Part shown: positions 45,550-54,097 of the stretch, piece after piece
How the letters are laid out: the number at the start of each line of letters is the position of its first letter
How positions within the stretch are numbered: position 1 is the first letter of the stretch
IMG/VR virus record: IMGVR_UViG_3300048088_000336
Location: 15,463 to 79,462 of that record
DNA: 64,000 nt
Strand: one strand, 5' to 3'
Origin: a virus
Made by a program: the position numbers and the translations under genes
Notes under the pieces: model-generated
What the model was told of the DNA's origin: nothing
The model's input: only the letters and a program-made list of their open reading frames with translations
Database searches by the model: none

Positions 45550-46997
45550 AGCGGAACGTCCGTCAGGGGACCGGGGTCGATGCGCAGCTTCGCCCGCGTG
45601 GTGCACACGTAGGCGAGCATCGCCGCTTCCCGCGTGAACAACGGCCGTGGATCGTCCTCGGACTCGGAGTCCCGAGGAGCGAAGTCGGCCCCGATGACCA
45701 CCGAATCCCACTCCCGGCCCTTGGACTTGTGCCCCGTGGAGATCGTGACATCAGCCTTGGACTCGTCAGCGGTCAACCGGTTACCCAGAGACAGGATCTC
45801 CTCCGGGCCGTAAAGCTCCACCATGGCCACCAGCACCCGGTAGGACTCCCCATCAGGGTCGTTGGCGACGAAGTTGAGGAACTCATCCCAGGAACGGAAC
45901 GAGGCGAGGTCCGGGTGGTTCGCTCGGCGCCCAGCCCGCAGGTTGATCGCGGCGCGCGCCAACCGGAGCACGTCACCGATACCGCCGCAGACAGCGACCT
46001 TGCGACCGGCCGCGAGTTCCCGCAGGGCAGCGTCCACGATCCCGATGTTGGTCCGGCACAGGATCGCGTCCGGTGCGGTGACCTCACCGATGCTGGAGTC
46101 CAGTTTGTCGTAGCCCTCGACCCGCATCTCGGCGTCAAGGAAGTCCAGCCACAGGTTGGCTTGCGCGGCGATCGCGGGCCCGAACCGGAACGATTTGGTG
46201 AGACCGAGACGCTGCCAGTCCCAGCGGGCCATGGCGTTGGCGGCACCGCGCCACCCGTAGATCTCCTGGCAGGGGTCGCCGACGGCGATGAGTTGCGCGT
46301 GGGTTTGCCGCTCGAACACGTCGGCCATGGCCCGATTAGCGTCCTGCGCCTCATCCAGGAAGATCACCTTGAATTTGCGCAGGGACGGCTTGGATAGCTG
46401 CCACAGTTTGAGGTAGATGTCTGGGTTGAACGTGAGTTTGCCGTCGACAGCCGACAGGTCCGCCCACACGCGCCGGGCCAGAGTGATGACCTCGTCAGCC
46501 AGTAGGTACGTCTCCTGGGCGGGCAGCCCGGCAGGGAGCGTGACGTGGCAGCGGGCGATCTCGAAGTCGGCGGAAGTGATGAACCGGCCGATGGTGCGGG
46601 CAACCAGCTCGGCGAGTTCTTTGCCCTCCAGGACGGGGCTGTCGGTCGCGAAAGTCCAGTCGAAAGGCCGGTAGAGGTTGCAGAATGCTTGGACGTCCTT
46701 CACGGGCAGGGCACCCATGCGCGCGTTGCGGACCCGGTTGCCGTACTTGCCGACGGTGCCACCCCAGGCCAGGGAGTGCGCGGTGCGGCATTCGACGTTT
46801 TTGGTGAACGATCCCTGTGCGTCGACCTGGATGGCCTTGTTGTAGGCGACATACAGCATGGGGATAGTGGGCCGGTCGGCGCCGAGGAGGCGCAGGGTGG
46901 AGGTCTTGCCGGATCCTGCGACGGCGATGACGACGAGGTTGGCGTCCGTGCGGGCGGCGGTGAGGATCGCGACCTGCTGGGCGGTGGGGTCGAACAT
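45546..46997 (-). CDS. UvrD-like SF1 helicase B
   Basis: AVAGSGKT, TAHSLA, DEAQD, GDPCQEIYGWRGA, KSFRFG, HKSKGREWD, YVCTTRA. Confidence 0.92.
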   Translation of the reverse strand: MFDPTAQQVAILTAARTDANLVVIAVAGSGKTSTLRLLGADRPTIPMLYVAYNKAIQVDAQGSFTKNVECRTAHSLAWGGTVGKYGNRVRNARMGALPVKDVQAFCNLYRPFDWTFATDSPVLEGKELAELVARTIGRFITSADFEIARCHVTLPAGLPAQETYLLADEVITLARRVWADLSAVDGKLTFNPDIYLKLWQLSKPSLRKFKVIFLDEAQDANRAMADVFERQTHAQLIAVGDPCQEIYGWRGAANAMARWDWQRLGLTKSFRFGPAIAAQANLWLDFLDAEMRVEGYDKLDSSIGEVTAPDAILCRTNIGIVDAALRELAAGRKVAVCGGIGDVLRLARAAINLRAGRRANHPDLASFRSWDEFLNFVANDPDGESYRVLVAMVELYGPEEILSLGNRLTADESKADVTISTGHKSKGREWDSVVIGADFAPRDSESEDDPRPLFTREAAMLAYVCTTRAKLRIDPGPLTDVPL

Positions 46998-47029
46998 GGT
47001 GTGATCTCCTGCTCAGTGAGTGCGGTTAC

Positions 47030-47054
47030 CGGAACAACGCCAACCCTACCACAC
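47030..47054 (-). promoter_or_regulatory. Class I promoter, copy 4
   Basis: GTGTGG-TAGGGT-N7-GTTCCG. Confidence 0.7.
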
Positions 47055-47294
47055 AACCTCTTGGGCGTTGCGGGCGCGCAGCATGTCGGCGAACTCCCGC
47101 CAGTTCCGCCGCTCGTAGAACCCGCCCAGCAGTACGAATCGGACACCGTGCGGGACACCGCGCAGTTGCGTCGGTTCCCCCACTATGATCACCTGATCTG
47201 AGCGCAGCCCCGACTCCCACCGTGCCCAGCCCAACGCATGCCGGTAGTCGAACCCGATCACCGCGATCCGCTCACCCGGCGCCAGCTCGATCAC
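47046..47294 (-). CDS. Hypothetical protein
   Basis: GTGA coupling with the upstream gene. Confidence 0.55.
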   Translation of the reverse strand: MIELAPGERIAVIGFDYRHALGWARWESGLRSDQVIIVGEPTQLRGVPHGVRFVLLGGFYERRNWREFADMLRARNAQEVVW

Positions 47295-47581
47295 GAACGC
47301 GGCACCGGCGCGAACTCGCACCCCACGTGGTACTCGCCAGCAGCAGCGTGCGACCGACACCCCACACCCTTCGCGGTGCACGCCTTACAGATCCCCCACC
47401 GCACTGGGATCGGGTTCACCGCGTCGCGTGACCAGCCCCAGATCGAGCTGATGTGCCCGTTCGGATCCTCCCGCCACTCATGGCCACCGGAGTACACCCC
47501 GCACGACGGACACGGCAGCCAGAAGTACCCGCCCTGCCACGCCCAATACCGGTGCACCCACCGGGGCAGTCTCAGTCTCAC
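47291..47581 (-). CDS. Cys/Trp-rich hypothetical protein
   Basis: GYFWLPCPSCG..GHEW. Confidence 0.6.
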   Translation of the reverse strand: MRLRLPRWVHRYWAWQGGYFWLPCPSCGVYSGGHEWREDPNGHISSIWGWSRDAVNPIPVRWGICKACTAKGVGCRSHAAAGEYHVGCEFAPVPRS

Positions 47582-47793
47582 GCGGACTCCTCTGGAGTGT
47601 TCCCGGCCGTCACAGGGTCGACCGGGGCATCCTGGGCGCCTACCGGTGTAGGGCCCTCAACATTGTCGGCGTACCACTGCGGGAACACCGCAGCGAGCCA
47701 GTCATAGATGGGTGTCGCCACAAAACCATTCGAGTCGTGCACCTGCTCGGACACCTCGGCGTCAGGGTGCGTGGCTGGGTCAGGGTTGGTCAT
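47578..47793 (-). CDS. Hypothetical protein
   Basis: GAGGA RBS; coupled ORF. Confidence 0.55.
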   Translation of the reverse strand: MTNPDPATHPDAEVSEQVHDSNGFVATPIYDWLAAVFPQWYADNVEGPTPVGAQDAPVDPVTAGNTPEESA

Positions 47794-48016
47794 CGGTCCT
47801 CCTCGACAACGCCCCCGACTGGTTGGTCATCACAGCCCACAGCAGGGCCAGCAGCACACTGACCCGGCACTCCCGGCACCAATCCGGGTGGTGAATCCTC
47901 CCGTCCGGGCCCGACCATGTGACGTGCTGGGTTTCCATGTTCTCAATGAGTCGGTTCAGTACCTCGATGTGTTCATCACGCTCAGCGAGCAACCGTCGGG
48001 TCGCCAGTTCATCCAC
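47780..48016 (-). CDS. Hypothetical protein
   Basis: Overlapping chain of ORFs; CxxC. Confidence 0.5.
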   Translation of the reverse strand: MDELATRRLLAERDEHIEVLNRLIENMETQHVTWSGPDGRIHHPDWCRECRVSVLLALLWAVMTNQSGALSRRTDDQP

Positions 48017-48458
48017 GCCGGGCCGCCATTGCCAGCGCGGCGACCAGCAGGCACCCGTGGTGCAGGGCCTGATCGGCTAAGTACATGCCTTGGGGGAACG
48101 GGAACTTCACCGACCCACGGCGCGCGGCGAACGTGAGATCCGCGAACCCCGGTGACCCCGTGGCATCCAGGACGGCCGCGACTGGCCAACGCCGGTCGAT
48201 GAACGCGTGCGACGCGGCCGAGAGCACCGTGCCTGCCAGCAGTGACCACCGGTTGCAGCGCAGCCCGGTAGCGGCCAGCACAGAACTGACGGCGACGGCT
48301 TGCGCAGCCTGGTAGGTGGCGATGTGACCGGCCATCGCGGACCAGTCTTTCGTTTTCCGGTTCGCCTGATGATCAGTTTGAGCAACGTGATCACCCACGT
48401 TGTGGGCCGACCACAAAGTCGGCAGGATCACCGCGAACGCCAGGGGGTCAACTCTCAT
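48009..48458 (-). CDS. DUF3307-like membrane protein
   Basis: AHNVGDHVAQT, SHAFIDRRWP, DQALH. Confidence 0.8.
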   Translation of the reverse strand: MRVDPLAFAVILPTLWSAHNVGDHVAQTDHQANRKTKDWSAMAGHIATYQAAQAVAVSSVLAATGLRCNRWSLLAGTVLSAASHAFIDRRWPVAAVLDATGSPGFADLTFAARRGSVKFPFPQGMYLADQALHHGCLLVAALAMAARRG

Positions 48459-48536
48459 ATCGGTTCCTTCCGTTTCGGTACGAAAACAAGATCACAGATC
48501 GCGCTGGAGTCCCGGCGCACCATCACCGCGTCACCA

Positions 48537-48800
48537 TCAGCACCTCTTATCGCGCCCGTGCAAACCCATGAGGCGATCCACCAACTGCGCCGGAGTCTCA
48601 CTGTGGTCAGCGAAAACTTTCATCGCCGTCGCCCCGTGCACCGCACACCACGACATCCCGTGCACCACGACCATGGCGGGAGTCTCGGAGATCTCCAGTG
48701 GACCCATCTGGGCGTGACGGCAACCCACGCACACCCAACCGTGCCCACTGGCCGACCACACGGCCCCGTTGACCGGCTCCGCCGGTACCGGCACTGTCAT
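48537..48800 (-). CDS. Hypothetical protein
   Basis: Coupled ORF; Cys/His motifs. Confidence 0.5.
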   Translation of the reverse strand: MTVPVPAEPVNGAVWSASGHGWVCVGCRHAQMGPLEISETPAMVVVHGMSWCAVHGATAMKVFADHSETPAQLVDRLMGLHGRDKRC

Positions 48801-49018
48801 CGCTCACGCTCCCGGGCGATCGCGTTAACGACGGCCTGACCGATGTGCCCGGCACTCTCCTCGCAGGAGAAGAAGTTGACGGAGAAGCCGTCAGCGGCAC
48901 TGGTCACCGCCACCGTCCCGGACACCCCGTAGATCGCGTAAGAGTCCGGGGAGTACTGGATTTCCCCGCAGGCGTCGCACTCCGCCCGATCAACTTCCAC
49001 CGTTGAGATCACCATCAC
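48797..49018 (-). CDS. Hypothetical Zn-ribbon protein
   Basis: CDACG; coupled ORF. Confidence 0.55.
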   Translation of the reverse strand: MMVISTVEVDRAECDACGEIQYSPDSYAIYGVSGTVAVTSAADGFSVNFFSCEESAGHIGQAVVNAIARERER

Positions 49019-49506
49019 GCCGCCCTCCTGGGGTTCCTGAAGAAAGGCAAACCTAAGTCGCAGCGCACGTTGTAGATCTCGCGCCGGACTCGCTCCTGCT
49101 CGTGGATCGGACCCATCACGAGCTGCGCCGCCAACTTCACATCGTGCGGCACCGGCATCAGACCGTCACGGCGGAACGTCTGCCACTGGCGCCTGTGACC
49201 GAGGACTGCCAGCCCCAGCGCCTTGGAACGAAACGTGAGGTCCTCGTCCCAATGTTCTTCCAACTCCTCACCAATTGCTCCGTAGAGGAAGCCGTTGCAC
49301 ACCTCGATCAGCCACTCGGCCGAGATTTCGCAGTGCTGGCACAGTTTCAGCACTTCCCACCGGCCGTCAGCCAGGCCGGTCGCGCAGTGGTACCGCTCAC
49401 CACTGGTGATCTTGCGGAGGCAGTCCATGCACTGGTGCTCTTTACGGGCGACCCGGCGACCGGCCCGGAAGTAGTCCCACGGTTCGCAGTACTGAATGCG
49501 GCACAT
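49015..49506 (-). CDS. Zn-finger hypothetical protein
   Basis: ARKEHQCMDC..I..GERY..CQHC. Confidence 0.7.
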   Translation of the reverse strand: MCRIQYCEPWDYFRAGRRVARKEHQCMDCLRKITSGERYHCATGLADGRWEVLKLCQHCEISAEWLIEVCNGFLYGAIGEELEEHWDEDLTFRSKALGLAVLGHRRQWQTFRRDGLMPVPHDVKLAAQLVMGPIHEQERVRREIYNVRCDLGLPFFRNPRRAA

Positions 49507-50186
49507 CAGGGCGTCACCTCGAACAGGATCATGCTATGCCCTCGGACGTCCTCACCCGCGACGTTGACCTGGCATTCGGCGTTGCCGTGCAGGGTCACGC
49601 CGAGGCGCTGGTGACGCCATCCGACGCCGACGATCGGCCGCTCGCAGCCTCCACAGATAGCCTGGGTGATCGGGGTGGCAGCCCGCCATCCCCGGGAGAA
49701 GATCACCCGTGTTTTGTCGGCGACCGCCACATCGAGGTTCACCCCGGACTGGCGGGCGGCCAACCGCACGGCCAGCACGATCCGGGCCAGTCCGGCGTCA
49801 ACGTCACTCCACTGCCCGGGGCGGCGGGCGTACCCCAGCGCGCGCCGTAGGGGCCCGGCGAGGGTCGTGATGTAGTAGCTGGGTGTCTTGTGCGCCAGCA
49901 CCACCACGCCCCCGTCGTCGACCCCGCGTGCCAACACGCCTTCGAGATCCGTTTCGGGCAGGTAGTGGGCCAGCAGGTAGACGGTGATCAAGGTGTCGGC
50001 CAGTTCGCCGCGCAGCTCGTACAGGGACCCGAAGGCCAGGGCCTGATCGAGTTCGTCACCTTCCTCAACCAGGGACAGGTACTGCCGTCCGGGCATCTCC
50101 GTCGCGGGGGCTGGGAACTCGGTGCCCACGGCGGTGGCGATGTCGGTGGCGAGTTTGGTCATATTCATGGTGGTCGGGGTCGTCAT
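49506..50186 (-). CDS. MazG-like nucleotide pyrophosphohydrolase domain protein
   Basis: LVEEGDEL...GELADTLITVYLLA; C-terminal Cys/His segment. Confidence 0.7.
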   Translation of the reverse strand: MTTPTTMNMTKLATDIATAVGTEFPAPATEMPGRQYLSLVEEGDELDQALAFGSLYELRGELADTLITVYLLAHYLPETDLEGVLARGVDDGGVVVLAHKTPSYYITTLAGPLRRALGYARRPGQWSDVDAGLARIVLAVRLAARQSGVNLDVAVADKTRVIFSRGWRAATPITQAICGGCERPIVGVGWRHQRLGVTLHGNAECQVNVAGEDVRGHSMILFEVTP

Positions 50187-50356
50187 GAAGGCTCCTCTTC
50201 AGGTGGTGGTTTGCGCGACGGTGGCTCCGGAGCCTGCCGTAGGAACGCGATGAACCGCCGGATGGCCGTCGCATCGTGCTCGGACAGGTCACCGGCGGTT
50301 ACCGCAGCGGCGATCTCCGCATCGTTGCGGTAGATGCAACTGCGCCTACGATCCAT
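50183..50356 (-). CDS. Small hypothetical protein
   Basis: Fills the gap in the ORF chain. Confidence 0.45.
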   Translation of the reverse strand: MDRRRSCIYRNDAEIAAAVTAGDLSEHDATAIRRFIAFLRQAPEPPSRKPPPEEEPS

Positions 50357-50642
50357 GGGTGGCTTCCCGATCGGCGTAAACCTGGTATTCGGCGTAGTCA
50401 GCATCGGTCGGATATCCATTGGCCCGGCAGACCTCGCAGTCGCATAGCAGGTCCCGCGCGTGCAGGTGAGCCGACCGCTCTTGCTGCTCGGCATGCTCGG
50501 CTGCGCTGGCCGCGCAGTCCTCACCGCAGTACCGGCCGCACGGTCCGGGCACCCCACCGCGCACTTCAGCGTGCAGCCACCCGCCACATTCGATGCATTC
50601 ATCGGGAGCAATCTGCGCCTGCCCGCAGGCAATGATCGTCAC
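50346..50642 (-). CDS. Cys-rich hypothetical protein
   Basis: CIECG, YCGEDC, CDCEVC. Confidence 0.55.
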   Translation of the reverse strand: MTIIACGQAQIAPDECIECGGWLHAEVRGGVPGPCGRYCGEDCAASAAEHAEQQERSAHLHARDLLCDCEVCRANGYPTDADYAEYQVYADREATHGS

Positions 50643-50923
50643 GGCCGCATCGCCACCCATTCGTCGGCGCGGAAGATCGTGTACGCGTCGGGCGGTGCGT
50701 CCCCCGGATCCATCCGCCACAACACCCGCACGTAGCCGCTCGGTCCCGCCAGCGGCTGCACCTCCAGCACCACGTGATGCTGCGACCAGCCCGCTGCCCG
50801 AATGCGGGAATCAACTTCGGCGTCCCGCGCCCGGCAGGGCTCCTCCGTGATGTGCAGGTCCAAGACGTCGGGGAACGCGCCCCGGCCCGGCTCCTCAGTC
50901 ATCGTCACCGTGTAGTCGCTCAC
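50639..50923 (-). CDS. Hypothetical protein
   Basis: GTGA coupling on both sides. Confidence 0.55.
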   Translation of the reverse strand: MSDYTVTMTEEPGRGAFPDVLDLHITEEPCRARDAEVDSRIRAAGWSQHHVVLEVQPLAGPSGYVRVLWRMDPGDAPPDAYTIFRADEWVAMRP

Positions 50924-51732
50924 AGCAGGATCACCCCCGTGGCCACCGACCGGCCATCCGGTCCCGGTGTCGGGATGACCCGCCCGTTCGGAGCGAACAC
51001 TGGGCAGGACGCGCGCACCTTGCATGACGCGCACCGCTCCCCCGGCCTCGGCAGGAACCCCTGGTCGAACTGGGCGGCCCATGCGGACGCGGCCACCGCG
51101 CGGGCCCCGGCCAGGGCCCGCGCGGTGGCGATCACTGACGTCACTGCGACCCGGGCGTTGATCGACGCGATCTCCACCGCCACCCGCGTGGTGTCGAACG
51201 TCCGCGCCGCGCACAAGGCACCCACAGCCAACTGCCGGTCACCTGGCAACTCGAAAGCGCGGGGCAGCTCCGAGGACGACTTCCAGTCCCGCACCACCGT
51301 CACCCCGTCACGGCGGTACACCACATCCGCCCGACAGGTGATCTCCACCCCATCGACCGTGATCAACATCGGCAGCTCCACACCGAGCACCACATCCCGC
51401 GCCTGGGGACCGAGGTGGCGTAGGGCACCAATCACCGCCTCGAATGCCTCATCGGCATCCCAGGAGTTCGCGTGCGCGCCCTGGGCGACCTCGGTGACCG
51501 CGTCGGACACCGCCTCGAACAAGCCGCGTCGCACCGCGCCCGGCGTCATCTTGCGGGGATCGCGCCCGTGCTGGTCGAGGAACGCGTACCCGGCCGCGAG
51601 CCCGGCGTGGCACATCACACCCCGGTTGTTGACCGCATCCTGCTGTTGCTCGACGTGCGCCCGGTGGGTCAGCCACCACGCGCGGGGGCACTGGTACAGC
51701 CGGTGCGCGCTGACACTCCACGCGCTGGTCAC
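50920..51732 (-). CDS. PD-(D/E)XK RecB/Cas4-like exonuclease
   Basis: YQCPRAW, RADVV, DWKSS, QL, CASC-x5-CP (1+3 Cys). Confidence 0.85.
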   Translation of the reverse strand: MTSAWSVSAHRLYQCPRAWWLTHRAHVEQQQDAVNNRGVMCHAGLAAGYAFLDQHGRDPRKMTPGAVRRGLFEAVSDAVTEVAQGAHANSWDADEAFEAVIGALRHLGPQARDVVLGVELPMLITVDGVEITCRADVVYRRDGVTVVRDWKSSSELPRAFELPGDRQLAVGALCAARTFDTTRVAVEIASINARVAVTSVIATARALAGARAVAASAWAAQFDQGFLPRPGERCASCKVRASCPVFAPNGRVIPTPGPDGRSVATGVILL

Positions 51733-52124
51733 GACGTTGCCGCCAGGGAGTCCGCGTCATCCCACTCGTGCGTGTCGGGGTAATTCAGGCCGCCGATGAA
51801 GTACACGCCCCGGTGCGGGATCCTCTGCTTCGACTGGTGATCAATGTGATCGCCGTGGTCAGCGTCCAACGCGCACTCGTACCTGCGCCCGGCCAAGGAC
51901 TTCCAGCGCGGCGTGCCGTCGGGCAGCTTCTCCTCGTGCGGCATGCACGTCGCAGCGCAGCGTGGCCGCGACGGGTCCTCGCGACGCCCGTTGCGGCCAT
52001 CGGATTCCCATGTCAGGTTGCAGGACTCGCAGTCGAACGCGCCATCGTTGGGGTTGGTCTCCGTCCCGCACAGTGGGCAGTCGGGGGCCCGGAACTCCAG
52101 CTCCGGCAGTCTCGGTTCAGCCAT
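51729..52124 (-). CDS. Zn-ribbon hypothetical protein
   Basis: CPLC...CESC..W. Confidence 0.65.
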   Translation of the reverse strand: MAEPRLPELEFRAPDCPLCGTETNPNDGAFDCESCNLTWESDGRNGRREDPSRPRCAATCMPHEEKLPDGTPRWKSLAGRRYECALDADHGDHIDHQSKQRIPHRGVYFIGGLNYPDTHEWDDADSLAATS

Positions 52125-52332
52125 TGGCCGTCTCCATTCCAGGTAAGTGAGCGTGACCGGGCGGTGACGCGACCGGGGTCAGCCGACCGCGTCGCCGGAA
52201 CTCGGCGATCAGGGCCTCGATCACGATGATCTCGTCACCGCAGGACATGGACAGGTCCCGCTCCAGCTCGGCAACCAGTGCCATGAGCACTGTGCGGCGG
52301 GCGGTGCGCAGGCGGGCGCGTCTGCTCGCCAT
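52117..52332 (-). CDS. Hypothetical protein
   Basis: GGAGG RBS; coupled ORF. Confidence 0.55.
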   Translation of the reverse strand: MASRRARLRTARRTVLMALVAELERDLSMSCGDEIIVIEALIAEFRRRGRLTPVASPPGHAHLPGMETANG

Positions 52333-52841
52333 CAGATCGCCTCCAACACTTTGAGCAGCGGTTCGATGTCGGCCCACGCGCGCGGCGGGACACCCCGCTT
52401 CAGGGGCACCAGGAAGGGCTCGTTGATCCGCAGCCGGGCCTTGCGGTCCTGGGTGACCGCGAACTGGAACGCCCACGTGCGGTCACCCACATTGACCAGG
52501 AGGATCTTGTCGCAGTCCGCGAGACCGCCCTCGATGCGACAGATCTTGATCCGGTACGTCATTCCATTGCCACCAGGGCGCCAGTCTCGCCACGCGGTGC
52601 GTGCGTGAAACAGGGTCAGTTCCGGGTCGCGGGACAGCCAGTCGTCGATGTGAGCCTGGTGCGCCACCGTGGCCGCCCGGGACCCACCCTGCGACGGGGA
52701 CGCTTCGATTTCGGTACCGGTCCAACCGCAGGAGCAGGCCACGGTGGTGGCGTAAGCATGGAAACCGCCGTGATGGCGGGCCCCCAAATCGCGGCGGCCG
52801 ATACGTTCGGTGTGCCCGGCGAGCACGTCACGGCGCTTCAC
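52332..52841 (-). CDS. Hypothetical protein
   Basis: ACSCGW motif; coupled ORF. Confidence 0.55.
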   Translation of the reverse strand: MKRRDVLAGHTERIGRRDLGARHHGGFHAYATTVACSCGWTGTEIEASPSQGGSRAATVAHQAHIDDWLSRDPELTLFHARTAWRDWRPGGNGMTYRIKICRIEGGLADCDKILLVNVGDRTWAFQFAVTQDRKARLRINEPFLVPLKRGVPPRAWADIEPLLKVLEAI

Positions 52842-53227
52842 CGAACCACCACCGGCTTGTCGAGGTCCCGGTGTGTGGCGGCGGCGAGTCGCCACGTCGC
52901 ACACACCGAACGCGCGAGGTGATCGGCGAGCACCACGGAGCGATGCCGCCCTCCAGCGCACCCGATAGCGACCTTCAGCGGCGTGTCGCGTTGCAACGCC
53001 ATCGGGTACAGGGCGTAGATCGCGATGAGTAGCCCGTTGACCAGCCCGAGCGCGCCGGGGGTGTCCAGGACGCGTTCGATCACCCGCGAATCGAGGCCGG
53101 TGAGTTCCCGGAACGCGGGATCGACGTGCGGGTCACGCAGGTGACGCCGGACATCGACGGTGATATCGGCTTCCGGGGGGTCACCGTGGAGGTACCCGAA
53201 GGATGTGACGATCACAGTGTTGCTCAC
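52838..53227 (-). CDS. Stand-alone RapZ C-terminal-domain-like protein
   Basis: VTSFGYLHG..ADITVDVR..LRDPH..LTG, IGCAGGRHRSV, HRDL. Confidence 0.85.
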   Translation of the reverse strand: MSNTVIVTSFGYLHGDPPEADITVDVRRHLRDPHVDPAFRELTGLDSRVIERVLDTPGALGLVNGLLIAIYALYPMALQRDTPLKVAIGCAGGRHRSVVLADHLARSVCATWRLAAATHRDLDKPVVVR

Positions 53228-53754
53228 TGGTCAGCCCCCGGTGTGGTCTTGGACGCCTCCAGGGCTTCGCGGGCGGTGTAGAACACCGACAGTGGGACGC
53301 GCGTGAGGTGATCGCCGGGCTTGGGGTGCTCGACACCCCAGAAGACGAACGTGCCCAGGGGGGTGGCGGCCAGACCTGGGGTGTAAATGCGGGAATGGTC
53401 GACCCGAGTGATCGTGGTTTCGATGCCGAACTGGCGGAATACCGCCGACAGTTTCGGGCGGCGGTTCAGTTGCATCATCGCTTCACCCCAGGGGGCACCG
53501 GAAGCACCACGCCGGGGCAGCAGCTCCTCCCGGTTCTTGGCGCGGGACAGACCTTCGGGAACCACCCCACCAGGATCCTTGAAACCGACCATCTCCAGTT
53601 CCAGGTAGGTCCGCACCCACAGGGGGGTGGTTTCGGGGTGGGCGGCTTCCCACGGGTCGATGACGTCGCGTTGGAAGACGCGGCAGGTTTCGGCGTAAGC
53701 TTTCAGGGCTTCGTCCAGTTCATCGCTGGCGCGGTAGGCGTACTTGTCAGCCAT
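53224..53754 (-). CDS. Hypothetical protein
   Basis: AGGAGG RBS; downstream of a class I promoter. Confidence 0.7.
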   Translation of the reverse strand: MADKYAYRASDELDEALKAYAETCRVFQRDVIDPWEAAHPETTPLWVRTYLELEMVGFKDPGGVVPEGLSRAKNREELLPRRGASGAPWGEAMMQLNRRPKLSAVFRQFGIETTITRVDHSRIYTPGLAATPLGTFVFWGVEHPKPGDHLTRVPLSVFYTAREALEASKTTPGADQ

Positions 53755-53774
53755 CAGGCAACCTCCTATTGGAC

Positions 53775-53799
53775 CGGAACGGGCCTAACCGTACCACAC
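53775..53799 (-). promoter_or_regulatory. Class I promoter, copy 5
   Basis: GTGTGG-TACGGT-N7-GTTCCG. Confidence 0.7.
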
Positions 53800-53806
53800 G
53801 TTGCCG

Positions 53807-54097
53807 TCAGGCTACGCCCCGGCGTGAATACGCGCCCCGACGGCGCGAAGCCGACCGCACCGGCGCGGGCTCCGACGACACCGGGCCCTGCGCATCGAAA
53901 CGGGTCACCACCCGGCCGATGCACTGCGGATGCACCGGCCCGTAGACCGGATGCCGCCACGACGACAGGTGCGCGCACGAAATGCACACACCCATCGGAC
54001 CGTCATCAACCAGCACCGCCAACCACAGAATCGACTCGATCGGACCCGAGATCTCCACCACCCCGGCATCCCGACCCACCCACGGATGCTCACTCAT
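53807..54097 (-). CDS. Hypothetical protein
   Basis: CISC..HPQC; follows the primase gene. Confidence 0.5.
   Translation of the reverse strand: MSEHPWVGRDAGVVEISGPIESILWLAVLVDDGPMGVCISCAHLSSWRHPVYGPVHPQCIGRVVTRFDAQGPVSSEPAPVRSASRRRGAYSRRGVA

Noticed and set aside
50920-51732. CRISPR-associated Cas4 locus
   Set aside because: No cas1/cas2 and no repeat-spacer array in the window; solo RecB-like nucleases are common in phages
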